The notes beneath the pieces were generated by a model. The model ran no database searches. It was not told the origin of the DNA and worked only from the letters and a program-made list of their open reading frames with translations. The translations under genes were made by a program, and so were the position numbers. 64,000 nucleotides of DNA from Spirochaetia bacterium. Its GTDB lineage: Bacteria > Spirochaetota > Spirochaetia > SZUA-6 > Bin103. The first letter of the stretch is position 1. The number at the start of each line of letters is the position of its first letter. Shown in pieces: positions 17,988-28,779 of the stretch. Where the stretch lies: positions 32,001 through 96,000 of the forward strand of contig OZ241863.1 of NCBI GenBank assembly GCA_965203055.1, given 5' to 3'.

Positions 17988-18911
17988 ATGAACAAGGCAA
18001 CCAATTCCGAGGTCCGCGAACGGATAGCGCGCGCGCTCGCCCCCTCCCCGGAGAGCGACGGGAAGATACACGCCGGTGCGGAGGGCGCGCTGGCGATAGG
18101 CATGCAGCAGGGTCCGCGCGACGAGCAGCAGGACTGTGGCGCGGCGCTGGCCTGGGTCCATTACCTGTCTCCGTGGTGCGCGGCCGTGATCGCGGACGGC
18201 ATGGGAGGCATGGAGGATGGCGGCTGGGCGAGCCGGGAAGCGGTGAGCATCTTCGTCGAGACCTGCCTCTTCGGCGACCTCGACACGCCGCGCGACGTGC
18301 TGGCGGAGACGCTGCTGCGCGCGCAGCGCGAGGTGCTGAAGGCCCTCAACGGCGCGGGCGGGACCACCTTGACCGCGGCCGTGTGGAGCGACCGGAGCGG
18401 GATGCTGATCCATACCGGAGACACGCGCGCGCATCTGATTGAACCGGGGCGTCCGTTTCGCTGCCTCACCACCGATCACACCGAGGCCGGGCTTGAAGAA
18501 GCGCTCGAGCGCTTGAACGCCGGCGGAGCGCCGGACGAGCAGTACCGGCCGACCGCGCCGGACAGCAGCCTGGTGGACGCGATCGGCATCCGCGAAGGGG
18601 TGCTCGCCGAACGCCACGTACTGCACACGCCGCCCGCCGGCCGCTGCGTCATGACGACCGACGGCGCGCATGATCCGATCCGCGCGGCAGGAGCGGCCGC
18701 CTTCGCCGCGGAGGGCGGCGGGCAGTGGACGGCGCAACGGAGCGTCGAGGCGCTCTGGGAACGGCTTGCCGGCGCGAAGCTGACGGACAATGCGGCCGTC
18801 GTGGCGCTGGAGCCGGGACGGGCGCTGCAGTGGACGGAGCGGGAGTTCCGCTTCGGCGACGTGCTGTTGGTGGCTCCGAACGGGACGCTGCGCGAGAAGC
18901 TGGAGGGATGA
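17988..18911 (+). CDS. PP2C-family Ser/Thr protein phosphatase
   Basis: IADGMGG, GGTTLTA, HTGDTRA, LTTDHT, TTDG, DNAAVV. Confidence 0.85.
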   Translation: MNKATNSEVRERIARALAPSPESDGKIHAGAEGALAIGMQQGPRDEQQDCGAALAWVHYLSPWCAAVIADGMGGMEDGGWASREAVSIFVETCLFGDLDTPRDVLAETLLRAQREVLKALNGAGGTTLTAAVWSDRSGMLIHTGDTRAHLIEPGRPFRCLTTDHTEAGLEEALERLNAGGAPDEQYRPTAPDSSLVDAIGIREGVLAERHVLHTPPAGRCVMTTDGAHDPIRAAGAAAFAAEGGGQWTAQRSVEALWERLAGAKLTDNAAVVALEPGRALQWTEREFRFGDVLLVAPNGTLREKLEG

Positions 18912-18971
18912 ACCCGCCCGCCGGCCTGGCGCCCGCAGCGGGGCCGGGCGGCGCCGGCGTCCGGTGAGCCG

Positions 18972-20519
18972 ATGACCGCGCGCCGGTTGCCGCTGGGGAT
19001 GCAGACCTTCCGCGAGCTGCGGGAGGAAAATTGCTATTACGTGGACAAGACGGCCTACGTCGAACGGCTGCTCAAGGAGGGGAAGTACTACTTTCTGTCG
19101 CGTCCCCGGCGCTTCGGCAAGAGCCTGTTCCTGGACACGCTGAAGGAGCTGTTCGAGGGCAACGAGGCGTTGTTCGAAGGGCTCCACATCCACCGTCATC
19201 GGGACTGGTCGCTGCGCCATCCGGTAGTGCGGCTGAGCTTCGCCGGCGGCAGCTTCAAGCAACCCGGGTACGTGAACACCAACGTGATGGCGCAGTTGGA
19301 CGGCGCCGCGGAGGCGGCCGGCGTGGGATCACGCTACGACACGGCCCCGGAGCGGCTCGGCCACCTGCTCGGGACGCTGCACCGGCACGCCGGGCAGCGG
19401 GTGGCGGTGCTGGTGGACGAGTACGACAAGCCGATCCTGGACGCGCTGGAGACGCCGGAGGTGGCGCGCGCCAACCGCGACTACCTGCGCGGCCTGTACG
19501 GGGTGATCAAGGACCGCGACGCCGACGTGCACTTCACCTTCCTGACCGGGGTGAGCAAGTTCTCCAAGGTGAGTCTGTTCTCCGACCTGAACAACCTCAC
19601 CGACATCACGCTGGATCGGCGCTACTCGGCGATCTGCGGCTACACCGAGGAGGACCTGGACGCGGTGTTCGCCCCGGAACTCCCCGGTCTGGACCGGGAG
19701 CGCATCCGCGAGTGGTACAACGGCTACCGCTGGGGCGGCGAAGAAAAGGTGTACAACCCGTACGCGGTGCTGCTGTTGTTCGACCGCCGCGAATTCCGGG
19801 CGCATTGGTTCGAGAGCGGAACCCCGGCGTTCCTGGTGGAGACGTTGTTCAAGCGGCGCGTCTCCTCGGTGTCACTGGGCGGGATGGCAGGCACCGAGGA
19901 GCTGCTGTCGGCGTTCGACGTGGACCGGATCGGGACCGAGGCGCTGCTGTTCCAGACCGGCTACCTGACGATCGCCGCGGAAGAGGAGCTGGGCGGGCTG
20001 CCGCTGTATCGGCTGGACTATCCGAACCGGGAGGTGCGGCAGGGTCTGCACCGGGCGCTGCTGCGGCAGTTGGTGCAGGACGACGCCCGGCAGACGGCGA
20101 ACAGCATGCGCCTGGCGCGGCTGCTGGAGGCGCGCGACTGGGCGGGGTTGAAGGAGTTGTTCCACGCCTTCTTCGCCGGCATCCCGTACCAGTGGTACGC
20201 CAACAACGACATTGCGCAGTACGAGGGGTACTACGCGAGCGTGTTCTACTCCTACTTCGCGGCGTTGGGGTATGAGATGACGGTGGAGGAGTCGAGCAAT
20301 CAGGGGCGGCTGGACATGGCGGTGCGGAGCGGGGGGCAGGTGTACCTGTTCGAGTTCAAGGTGGTGGAGGTGGCGCCGGCGGGGTCGGCGCTGGCGCAGT
20401 TGCGGGAGCGGGACTACGCGGCGAAGTACCGGGGTCGGGGGGAGCCGATCCACCTGCTCGGAGTGGAGTTCAGCCGCGAGACGCGCAACCTGACCGCCTT
20501 CGAGGTGGCCGCCGGTTGA
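18972..20519 (+). CDS. AAA-ATPase-like + PD-(D/E)xK nuclease (PDDEXK_9-type), copy 1
   Basis: YYVDKT, SRPRRFGKS, VLVDEYDKP, TGVSKFSK, YPNREV, EGYYAS, GRLDM...FEFK. Confidence 0.9.
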   Translation: MTARRLPLGMQTFRELREENCYYVDKTAYVERLLKEGKYYFLSRPRRFGKSLFLDTLKELFEGNEALFEGLHIHRHRDWSLRHPVVRLSFAGGSFKQPGYVNTNVMAQLDGAAEAAGVGSRYDTAPERLGHLLGTLHRHAGQRVAVLVDEYDKPILDALETPEVARANRDYLRGLYGVIKDRDADVHFTFLTGVSKFSKVSLFSDLNNLTDITLDRRYSAICGYTEEDLDAVFAPELPGLDRERIREWYNGYRWGGEEKVYNPYAVLLLFDRREFRAHWFESGTPAFLVETLFKRRVSSVSLGGMAGTEELLSAFDVDRIGTEALLFQTGYLTIAAEEELGGLPLYRLDYPNREVRQGLHRALLRQLVQDDARQTANSMRLARLLEARDWAGLKELFHAFFAGIPYQWYANNDIAQYEGYYASVFYSYFAALGYEMTVEESSNQGRLDMAVRSGGQVYLFEFKVVEVAPAGSALAQLRERDYAAKYRGRGEPIHLLGVEFSRETRNLTAFEVAAG

Positions 20520-20533
20520 CGGCGGGTGAGTCG

Positions 20534-22081
20534 ATGACCGCGCGCCGGTTGCCGCTGGGGATGCAGACCTTCCGCGAGCTGCGGGAGGAAAATTGCTACT
20601 ACGTGGACAAGACGGCCTACGTCGAACGGCTGCTCAAGGAGGGGAAGTACTACTTCCTGTCGCGCCCCCGGCGCTTCGGCAAGAGCCTGTTCCTGGACAC
20701 GCTGAAGGAGCTGTTCGAGGGCAGCGAGGAGCTGTTCGAGGGCCTCCACATCCACGGCCGCCGGGACTGGTCGCTGCGCCGCCCGGTGGTGCGGCTGAGC
20801 TTCGCCGGCGGCAGCTTCAAGCAGCCGGAGCTGCTGGAAGACAACGTCATGGAACAGCTCGCGGCCGTGGAACGGCGCCACGGGGTGGAGGCGAGCTACC
20901 GCACCGCGCCGGGCCGCTTCGCATACCTGCTGGAAGCCCTGCGAGAAGGCACCGGGCAGCGGGTGGCGGTGCTGGTGGACGAGTACGACAAGCCGATCCT
21001 GGACGCGCTGGAGACGCCGGAGGTGGCGCGCGCCAACCGCGACTACCTGCGCGGCCTGTACGGGGTGATCAAGGACCGCGACGCCGACGTGCACTTCACC
21101 TTCCTGACCGGGGTGAGCAAGTTCTCCAAGGTGAGCCTGTTCTCCGACCTGAACAACCTCACCGACATCACCCTGGATCGGCGCTACTCGGCGATCTGCG
21201 GCTACACCGAGGAGGACCTGGATACGGTGTTCGCGCCGGAACTCCCCGGCCTGGACCGGGAGCGCATCCGCGAGTGGTACAACGGCTACCGCTGGGGCGG
21301 CGAAGAAAAGGTGTACAACCCGTACGCCGCGCTGCTGTTGTTCGACCGCCGCGAATTCAGGGCGCATTGGTTCGAGAGCGGAACCCCGGCGTTCCTGGTG
21401 GAGACGTTGTTCAAGCGGCGCGTCTCCTCGGTGTCCCTGGGCGGGATGGCAGGTACCGAGGAGCTGCTGTCGGCGTTCGACGTGGACCGGATCGGGACCG
21501 AGGCGCTGCTGTTCCAGACCGGCTACCTGACGATCGCCGCGGAAGAGGAGCTGGGCGGGCTGCCGCTGTATCGGCTGGGCTATCCGAACCGGGAGGTGCG
21601 GCAGGGTCTGCACCGGGCGCTGCTGCGGCAGTTGGTGCAGGACGACGCCCGGCAGACGGCGAACAGCATGCGCCTGGCGCGGCTGCTGGAGGCGCGCGAC
21701 TGGGCGGGGTTGAAGGAGTTGTTCCACGCCTTCTTCGCCGGCATCCCGTACCAGTGGTACGCCAACAACGACATTGCGCAGTACGAGGGGTACTACGCGA
21801 GCGTGTTCTACTCCTACTTCGCGGCGTTGGGGTATGAGATGACGGTGGAGGAGTCGAGCAACCAGGGGCGGCTGGACATGGCGGTGAGGAGCGGGGGGCA
21901 GGTGTACCTGTTCGAGTTCAAGGTGGTGGAGGTGGCGCCGGCGGGGTCGGCGCTGGCGCAGTTGCGGGAGCGGGACTACGCGGCGAAGTACCGGGGCCTG
22001 GGGGAGCCGATCCACCTGCTCGGAGTGGAGTTCAGCCGCGAGACGCGCAACCTGACCGCCTTCGAGGTGGCGCCCGGCTGA
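20534..22081 (+). CDS. AAA-ATPase-like + PD-(D/E)xK nuclease, copy 2
   Basis: Same motifs and length (515 aa from ATG 20534) as copy 1. Confidence 0.9.
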   Translation: MTARRLPLGMQTFRELREENCYYVDKTAYVERLLKEGKYYFLSRPRRFGKSLFLDTLKELFEGSEELFEGLHIHGRRDWSLRRPVVRLSFAGGSFKQPELLEDNVMEQLAAVERRHGVEASYRTAPGRFAYLLEALREGTGQRVAVLVDEYDKPILDALETPEVARANRDYLRGLYGVIKDRDADVHFTFLTGVSKFSKVSLFSDLNNLTDITLDRRYSAICGYTEEDLDTVFAPELPGLDRERIREWYNGYRWGGEEKVYNPYAALLLFDRREFRAHWFESGTPAFLVETLFKRRVSSVSLGGMAGTEELLSAFDVDRIGTEALLFQTGYLTIAAEEELGGLPLYRLGYPNREVRQGLHRALLRQLVQDDARQTANSMRLARLLEARDWAGLKELFHAFFAGIPYQWYANNDIAQYEGYYASVFYSYFAALGYEMTVEESSNQGRLDMAVRSGGQVYLFEFKVVEVAPAGSALAQLRERDYAAKYRGLGEPIHLLGVEFSRETRNLTAFEVAPG

Positions 22082-22182
22082 CCATCCGCTCTGCGCCGCC
22101 CGAACTCTCCGGGGCTGCCGCAAGACAGCTTGCCGGAGCATGCGCTATCATGGCGCAACACTCAGTCCAAGGTGGTTTCCCA

Positions 22183-23973
22183 ATGCAGAGAATCCTGGCC
22201 ATTCTGATCGTCGGCGCCGCGGCCCTTGGCGCCTGGGCCGGCCCCGAGGTGGAGATCGAACCCGCCGCCGAAGCCGCGCCGGCGACCAGCCCGATCGACC
22301 GGCTGGCGCCGATCGACCATTCCGCGTGGGAGCAGGGCAAGCCCGGCGGGCGCTTCGTCCTGGCCAACATCTCCGACCCCAAGACCTTCAACCCGGTATT
22401 GGCCAAGGAGACCTCGACCACCGACATCACCGACCGCATGTTCGCCGGCGCGGTGCGGCGCAACCAGCTCACCCTGGAGTGGGAGCCGGACCTGGCCGAG
22501 CGCTGGGAGATCTCGGAGGACCAGCAGACGATCACGCTCCACCTGCGCGCCGGCCTGACCTGGTCGGACGGCGCGCCGCTTACCGCCGCCGACGTCGTCT
22601 GGACCGTCAACGAGATCATCATGAACGAGGAGGTCGAGACCGACGACCGCGACGCGCTGTTGATCGGCGGCGAATACGCCCGCTTCGAGCTGATCGACGA
22701 GCTGACCTACCGCGTGGCGCTGCCGTCGGTGTACGCCGGCATCTTCGAAGTCGCCGCGGCCGCGCCGCTGCCGCGGCACGTGTTCGAACCGCTGATCGCC
22801 GCGCAGGGCGCGGCCGCGGTCAACTCCTTCTGGGGGGTCGATACCGACGTGACCGCCATCGTCGGCAGCGGCCCGTTCCTGCTCAGCGAGTACCTGCCCA
22901 GCCAGCGCGTGGTAATGACGCCCAACCCGCACTATTACGAACGGGACGAGTGGGGGCGGCAGCTTCCCTACCTGGACGAGCTGGTAATCGAATTCGTCGA
23001 GGACCAGGACACCGGCCTGGCCAAGTTCATCGCCGGCGAGACCGACTTCTGGGGGCTGCGCGGCGAAGACTACGGCGTCCTGGCGGAGCGGCAGGAAGCC
23101 GACGACTTTCTGATCTACAACGTCGGCCCGGCCGCCAGCACGCAGTTCATCACCTTCAACCAGAACCCGCTCGAGGGCGCCGACGACGGCGGCATTGAGC
23201 CGCCCGCGCTCACCTGGCTGTCCAACAGGAGCTTCCGCCAGGCGATGGCGCATCTGATCGACCGCCAGACCATCATCAACAACATCGCCTTCGGCTTCGG
23301 CTATCCGCAGTACTCCTTCGTGTGGAGCGTGTCGCCCTACTACTGGCAGGGCGCCGCCGAGGCCGCGTTCAAGTACGACCCGCAGCGCGCCAAGGAGCTG
23401 CTGGACGCGCTCGACTACGTCGACCGCGACGGCGACGGCGTGCGCGAGGACCCGGACGGCAACCCGATTTCGCTGATCCTCAACACCAACTCCGGCAACA
23501 CGGTGCGCGAGCAGATCGGCGAGCTGTTCAGCCAGGAGGCGCAGGCGGTCGGCATCGACGTCACCTTCAAGCCGGAGGCGTTCAACGAGCTGGTGACCCG
23601 ACTGGTCTCCTCCTTCGACTGGCAGATGATCCTGATCGGCCTGACCGGATCGGTCGACCCGGTGTCGGGCGCCAACGTCTATCCGTCGCACGGCGGCCTG
23701 CACATGATCGAGCCCAACCAGGAGTCGCCGCGCCGCGCCTGGGAGGCCGCGGTGGACGCTGCCTGGGACGAGGCCAACCTGACCACTGACGAGGCGCAGC
23801 GCGTGCGCGGCTACCGCAAGCTGCAGGAGATCTGGATCGAAGAGGTGCCCTGGGCGTACACCTTCAACGCCGCGGTGATGCACGCCTACCGCAACACCTT
23901 CGGCAACCTCAAGCCGCACCCGATCAACGACTATAGCTGGGACGGCATCGCCCATCGGCTCTACGTAAAGTAG
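22183..23973 (+). CDS. ABC transporter family-5 (Opp/Dpp) substrate-binding protein
   Basis: Signal peptide, SDPKTFNP, PDLAERW, WSDGAPLTAADV, GSGPF, NPHYY, PYLDE. Confidence 0.92.
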   Translation: MQRILAILIVGAAALGAWAGPEVEIEPAAEAAPATSPIDRLAPIDHSAWEQGKPGGRFVLANISDPKTFNPVLAKETSTTDITDRMFAGAVRRNQLTLEWEPDLAERWEISEDQQTITLHLRAGLTWSDGAPLTAADVVWTVNEIIMNEEVETDDRDALLIGGEYARFELIDELTYRVALPSVYAGIFEVAAAAPLPRHVFEPLIAAQGAAAVNSFWGVDTDVTAIVGSGPFLLSEYLPSQRVVMTPNPHYYERDEWGRQLPYLDELVIEFVEDQDTGLAKFIAGETDFWGLRGEDYGVLAERQEADDFLIYNVGPAASTQFITFNQNPLEGADDGGIEPPALTWLSNRSFRQAMAHLIDRQTIINNIAFGFGYPQYSFVWSVSPYYWQGAAEAAFKYDPQRAKELLDALDYVDRDGDGVREDPDGNPISLILNTNSGNTVREQIGELFSQEAQAVGIDVTFKPEAFNELVTRLVSSFDWQMILIGLTGSVDPVSGANVYPSHGGLHMIEPNQESPRRAWEAAVDAAWDEANLTTDEAQRVRGYRKLQEIWIEEVPWAYTFNAAVMHAYRNTFGNLKPHPINDYSWDGIAHRLYVK

Positions 23974-23988
23974 CTCAGGGGGCCGGGC

Positions 23989-24969
23989 GTGAGCCTGGCG
24001 CTGTTGCGGCTGATCAGCCGCCGGCTGCTCAACGCGGTGCCGATCCTGCTGGTGACGCTGGCGGTCGCCTTCTGGCTGATCCAGCTCGCGCCGGGGGACG
24101 TCTACACCCAGTACGCGCTCAATCCCGACATCCGCCCGCAGGACCTGGAGCGGTTTCGCGCCAACTTCGGCCTCGATCAGCCGTGGTACGTTCAGTTCGG
24201 GCGCTACCTGTGGAACGCCGCCCGCGGCGACTTCGGCTTCTCGCAGACCTTCAAGGCGCCGGTGTTCGTGCTGGTGAGCCAGCGCGCCGCCAACACGCTG
24301 CTGCTGGCGGTGGTGGCGCTGGCGCTGGCCTGGGGGTTCTCGGTGCCGGCCGGGATCATCGCCGCGGCGCGCCAATACCGGTGGCCGGACCAGGCGATCG
24401 CGGTACTGGCGTTCGTCGGGCTGTCGATTCCCAATTTCTTCCTGGCGTCGCTGCTGCTGTTCCTGATCTCCGCCACCGGAAGCTGGCTGCCGATCGGCGG
24501 CATGACCTCGATCGACCACGCCGAGCTCAGCGTCCTGGGCAGGACCTGGGATCTGGCGCGCCACCTGGCGGTGCCGGCGCTGGTGATCTCCACCGCCATC
24601 ACCGCGTCGCTGACCCGCATCATGCGCGCCAACATGCTGGAGGTGCTGGGCCAGCAGTACACCACCACCGCGCGCGCCAAGGGGCTGTCGGAACGGGTGG
24701 TGCTGCTCAAGCACGCGCTGCGCAACGCAGTGAACCCGATGATCACCATCCTGGGTTTCAACATCGGTGAGATCCTGGGCGGCGCCGCGCTGGTGGAAAT
24801 CGTTACCAGTTGGCCGGGGCTGGGCAAGCTGATTCTGACCGCGCTGCTCAATCAGGACCCCTATCTGATGGCCGGCAGCCTGGTCTACGGAGTGGGGCTG
24901 CTGGTGATCGGCAATCTGCTGGCCGACCTGCTGTTGGCGGTCACCGACCCGAGGATCCGGGTGACGTGA
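23989..24969 (+). CDS. ABC permease (OppB/DppB-like)
   Basis: GLDQPWYVQF, TARAKGL, KHALRNA, DLLLAVTDPRIR. Confidence 0.92.
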   Translation: MSLALLRLISRRLLNAVPILLVTLAVAFWLIQLAPGDVYTQYALNPDIRPQDLERFRANFGLDQPWYVQFGRYLWNAARGDFGFSQTFKAPVFVLVSQRAANTLLLAVVALALAWGFSVPAGIIAAARQYRWPDQAIAVLAFVGLSIPNFFLASLLLFLISATGSWLPIGGMTSIDHAELSVLGRTWDLARHLAVPALVISTAITASLTRIMRANMLEVLGQQYTTTARAKGLSERVVLLKHALRNAVNPMITILGFNIGEILGGAALVEIVTSWPGLGKLILTALLNQDPYLMAGSLVYGVGLLVIGNLLADLLLAVTDPRIRVT

Positions 24970-26368
24970 GCGGCCCGCTTTCCACCGCCACGGGCGGCGC
25001 GGGCGGCGCCGGCGGCGCGCCGCCGGGGCGCACCGAGTCGCTGCTGCAAGTCTATTGGCGGCGGTTCAAGCGCCATCGGCTGGGCCGGATCGGCGGCCTG
25101 GTGCTGCTGGCGCTGTACGGGCTGGCGCTGTTCGCCGATCCGCTGGCGCCGGCGACCATGCGCTGGACCGACAAGACCAAGTCCTACCAGCCGCCGACGC
25201 GGCTGCGCTTCAGCTACCTGGACGGCGGCCGCCTGACGGTGCGGCCGTTCGTGTACGAGATGCGCATCGTCGATCAGGCGTTGCGGCGCTACGGGCGGGT
25301 ACCGCGGCACACGCTGCGCGTCATCTCGCAGGAGTCGGCCGCCGGCCGCGCCGAGCTGCGCCTGGTGGCGCTGCAGGAAGATCCGGCGGCGCGGCAGCGC
25401 GCGGCGCTGGCCGCGGTGCGGCGCCATTACGGGCTGGCCGCGGGCGACCCGCGGCTGGGCGAGCTACAGGCGCTGCTGGAGGCGGTCGAGGGCGACCCGC
25501 AGCGCGACCTGCACCGGCGCGTGCGGCTGCGGCGGGAGGGCGCGGAACCGGACACCATGGAGTTGATCATCGCCAAGGGCAACAAGAACTTCGTGGGTTT
25601 CTTCGCGCGCGGGGTGCCGTACCGGTTCCTGGGACTGTTCACCGCGCGCGTCCGCCTGTTCGCCTCGCCCACCGGCGGCTTCTTTCCGCTGGGCAGCGAT
25701 CACGCGGGGCGCGATCTGGCATCGCGGCTGCTGCACGGCGCGCGCGTGTCGCTGACCGTCGGACTGGTCGGCGCCGCGATCACGCTGGTGCTGGGGCTGC
25801 TGATCGGCGGCGCCGCCGGCTACTTCGGCGGGGCCGTGGACAACCTGCTGATGCGGTTCACCGAGGTGCTGCTGTCGTTCCCGGCGTTCTACCTGCTGCT
25901 GGCGCTGCGCGGCACCTTCCCGGCGGACCTCGACAGCGTCCAGGTCTACTTCCTGATCATCCTGATCGTCTCGTTCGTGGTGTGGGGAAAGCTGGCGCGC
26001 ATCGTGCGCGGCATGGTGCTCTCGCTGCGCTCGGAGGAGTATGTCCTGGCGGCGCGCACCCTCGGCCTGGGACCGTTCAAGATCATCCGCCGCCACGTGC
26101 TGCCCAACACGCTGTCGTTCGTGATCGTCGACACCACGCTCACCATCCCGGGCTTCATCCTGGGCGAGTCCGCGCTCAGCTTCCTCGGCCTGGGCATCAC
26201 CGAGCCGCAGTCGAGTTGGGGGTTGATGCTCTCGGTGTCGCGCGGCTACCGGGTGTTTCAGGACTTCCCCTGGATCCTGGTGCCCGGCTGCTGCATCTTC
26301 CTGGCCATCATGGCCTGGAACTTCGTCGGCGACGGCGTCCGCGACGCGGTCGATCCCCGGAGCAGCCA

Positions 26369-26372
<4 letters not shown>
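24966..26372 (+). CDS. ABC permease (OppC/DppC-like) with a long extracytoplasmic insertion
   Basis: [59 protein letters not shown] overlap start. Confidence 0.9.
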
Positions 26373-27456
<1,084 letters not shown>

Positions 27457-27460
<4 letters not shown>

Positions 27461-28779
27461 GCCGGCCCGCCCGGCGGCGCTCCCGCCGCCGCGCCCGAAA
27501 GCCGGACCGGCGGCCGGAACCGCACGCCCCGAGCGCCGCCGCCGGGCAGCGCGAGCGAGCAGCCGGCGCCGCCGGGGAGCAGCGCCAACCGCCCGGCCCG
27601 CGGCCGCCGGCGCGGCCGCTGCTGGAGGTGCGCGGGTTGCGCACCTGGTTCCCGGTCCGGTCGGGAGCGTTCAACGTGCGCCGCCAGATGGTGCGCGCCG
27701 TGGACGGCGTTTCGCTGCGCCTGCTGAGCGGCGAGACCCTCGGCCTGGTGGGGGAGTCGGGCTGCGGCAAGACCACTCTGGGGCGCTCCATCCTGCGCCT
27801 CTATCAGCCGCAGGCCGGGCGCGTGTACCTGGAGCCCGACCCGGAACTGGTACGGGCGGTAGCCGCCCTGGAGGCGCAGGCGGACCGGGCGCGGCAGCGC
27901 GCCGCGGACGCCGCCCGCGGCGGCGCGAACTGGCGCGAGCTGCGCCGGCTGCGCGCCGGCGAGCGGCGCCTGCGGGCCGAGGCGGAGCAGCGCGCCGCGG
28001 GCGCCGATCTTCTGGCCATGCCGCGGGCCGCCCTCAAGCAGGCGCGCCGGCGGCTGCAAATGGTGTTCCAGGATCCGTGGGCGGCCTTGAATCCGCGCCT
28101 GCCGGTGCACGACCTGATCGCCGAAGGGCCGCGCGAGTTCGGCACGCACCGCGGGCGCGAGCTGGCCGCCCACGTGCGCGAGCTGCTGAATCTGGTGGGC
28201 TTGCCGCGCTCCGCGGCGCAGCGCTACCCGCACGAGTTCTCCGGCGGCCAACGCCAGCGCATCGGCATTGCCCGGGCGCTCGCGCTGGCGCCGGCGGTGG
28301 TGATCGCGGATGAGCCGGTGGCGGCGCTGGACGTGTCGATACAGGCGCAGATTCTCAACCTGCTGCTGGAGCTGCAGGAGGAGCTTGGTCTGTCATTCCT
28401 GTTCATCGCCCACGATCTGGCGGTGGTGCGCTACATCGCTCACCGCGTGGCGGTGATGTACCTCGGCAAGATCGTGGAGCTTGGCGATGCCGAGGAAATT
28501 ACCGACCAGCCGCGCCATCCCTACACCATCTCGCTGCTGGCCTCGGTGCCGGTGGCGGACCCCGGCCAGCCGCTCGCCGGCGGCGCCCCGGGCGACGTTC
28601 CTTCGCCGGTCGATCCACCCTCCGGCTGCCCCTTTCACCCGCGCTGCCCCTACCGGGTCGCGGCCTGCAGCCGGAGCATGCCGGAGCTGGTGACGGACCG
28701 CGCCGGCCACGCGCTGGCGTGCCACAACCCGCCGCAGCAGCCGGCGCCGGCTACCGGGGTGGCCGGCGCCGGACCGTGA
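27457..28779 (+). CDS. ABC ATP-binding protein (OppF/DppF-like)
   Basis: [38 protein letters not shown]; helical insertion after Walker A. Confidence 0.9.

Larger units (their letters stand above)
18963..22082 (+). repeat. Tandem gene duplication with a 1562-bp period
   Basis: 18963-20520 and 20525-22082 are near-identical except for a divergent segment at ~19261-19392 vs ~20823-20954. Confidence 0.95.

Noticed and set aside
18963..22082. Diversity-generating retroelement TR/VR pair
   Set aside because: Differences are not adenine-specific, the variable part is internal, and no reverse transcriptase is present in the window
5200..22100. Prophage, IS or integron as the vehicle for the island
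   Set aside because: No integrase, transposase, phage structural gene, terminal inverted repeats or attC-like sites recognised
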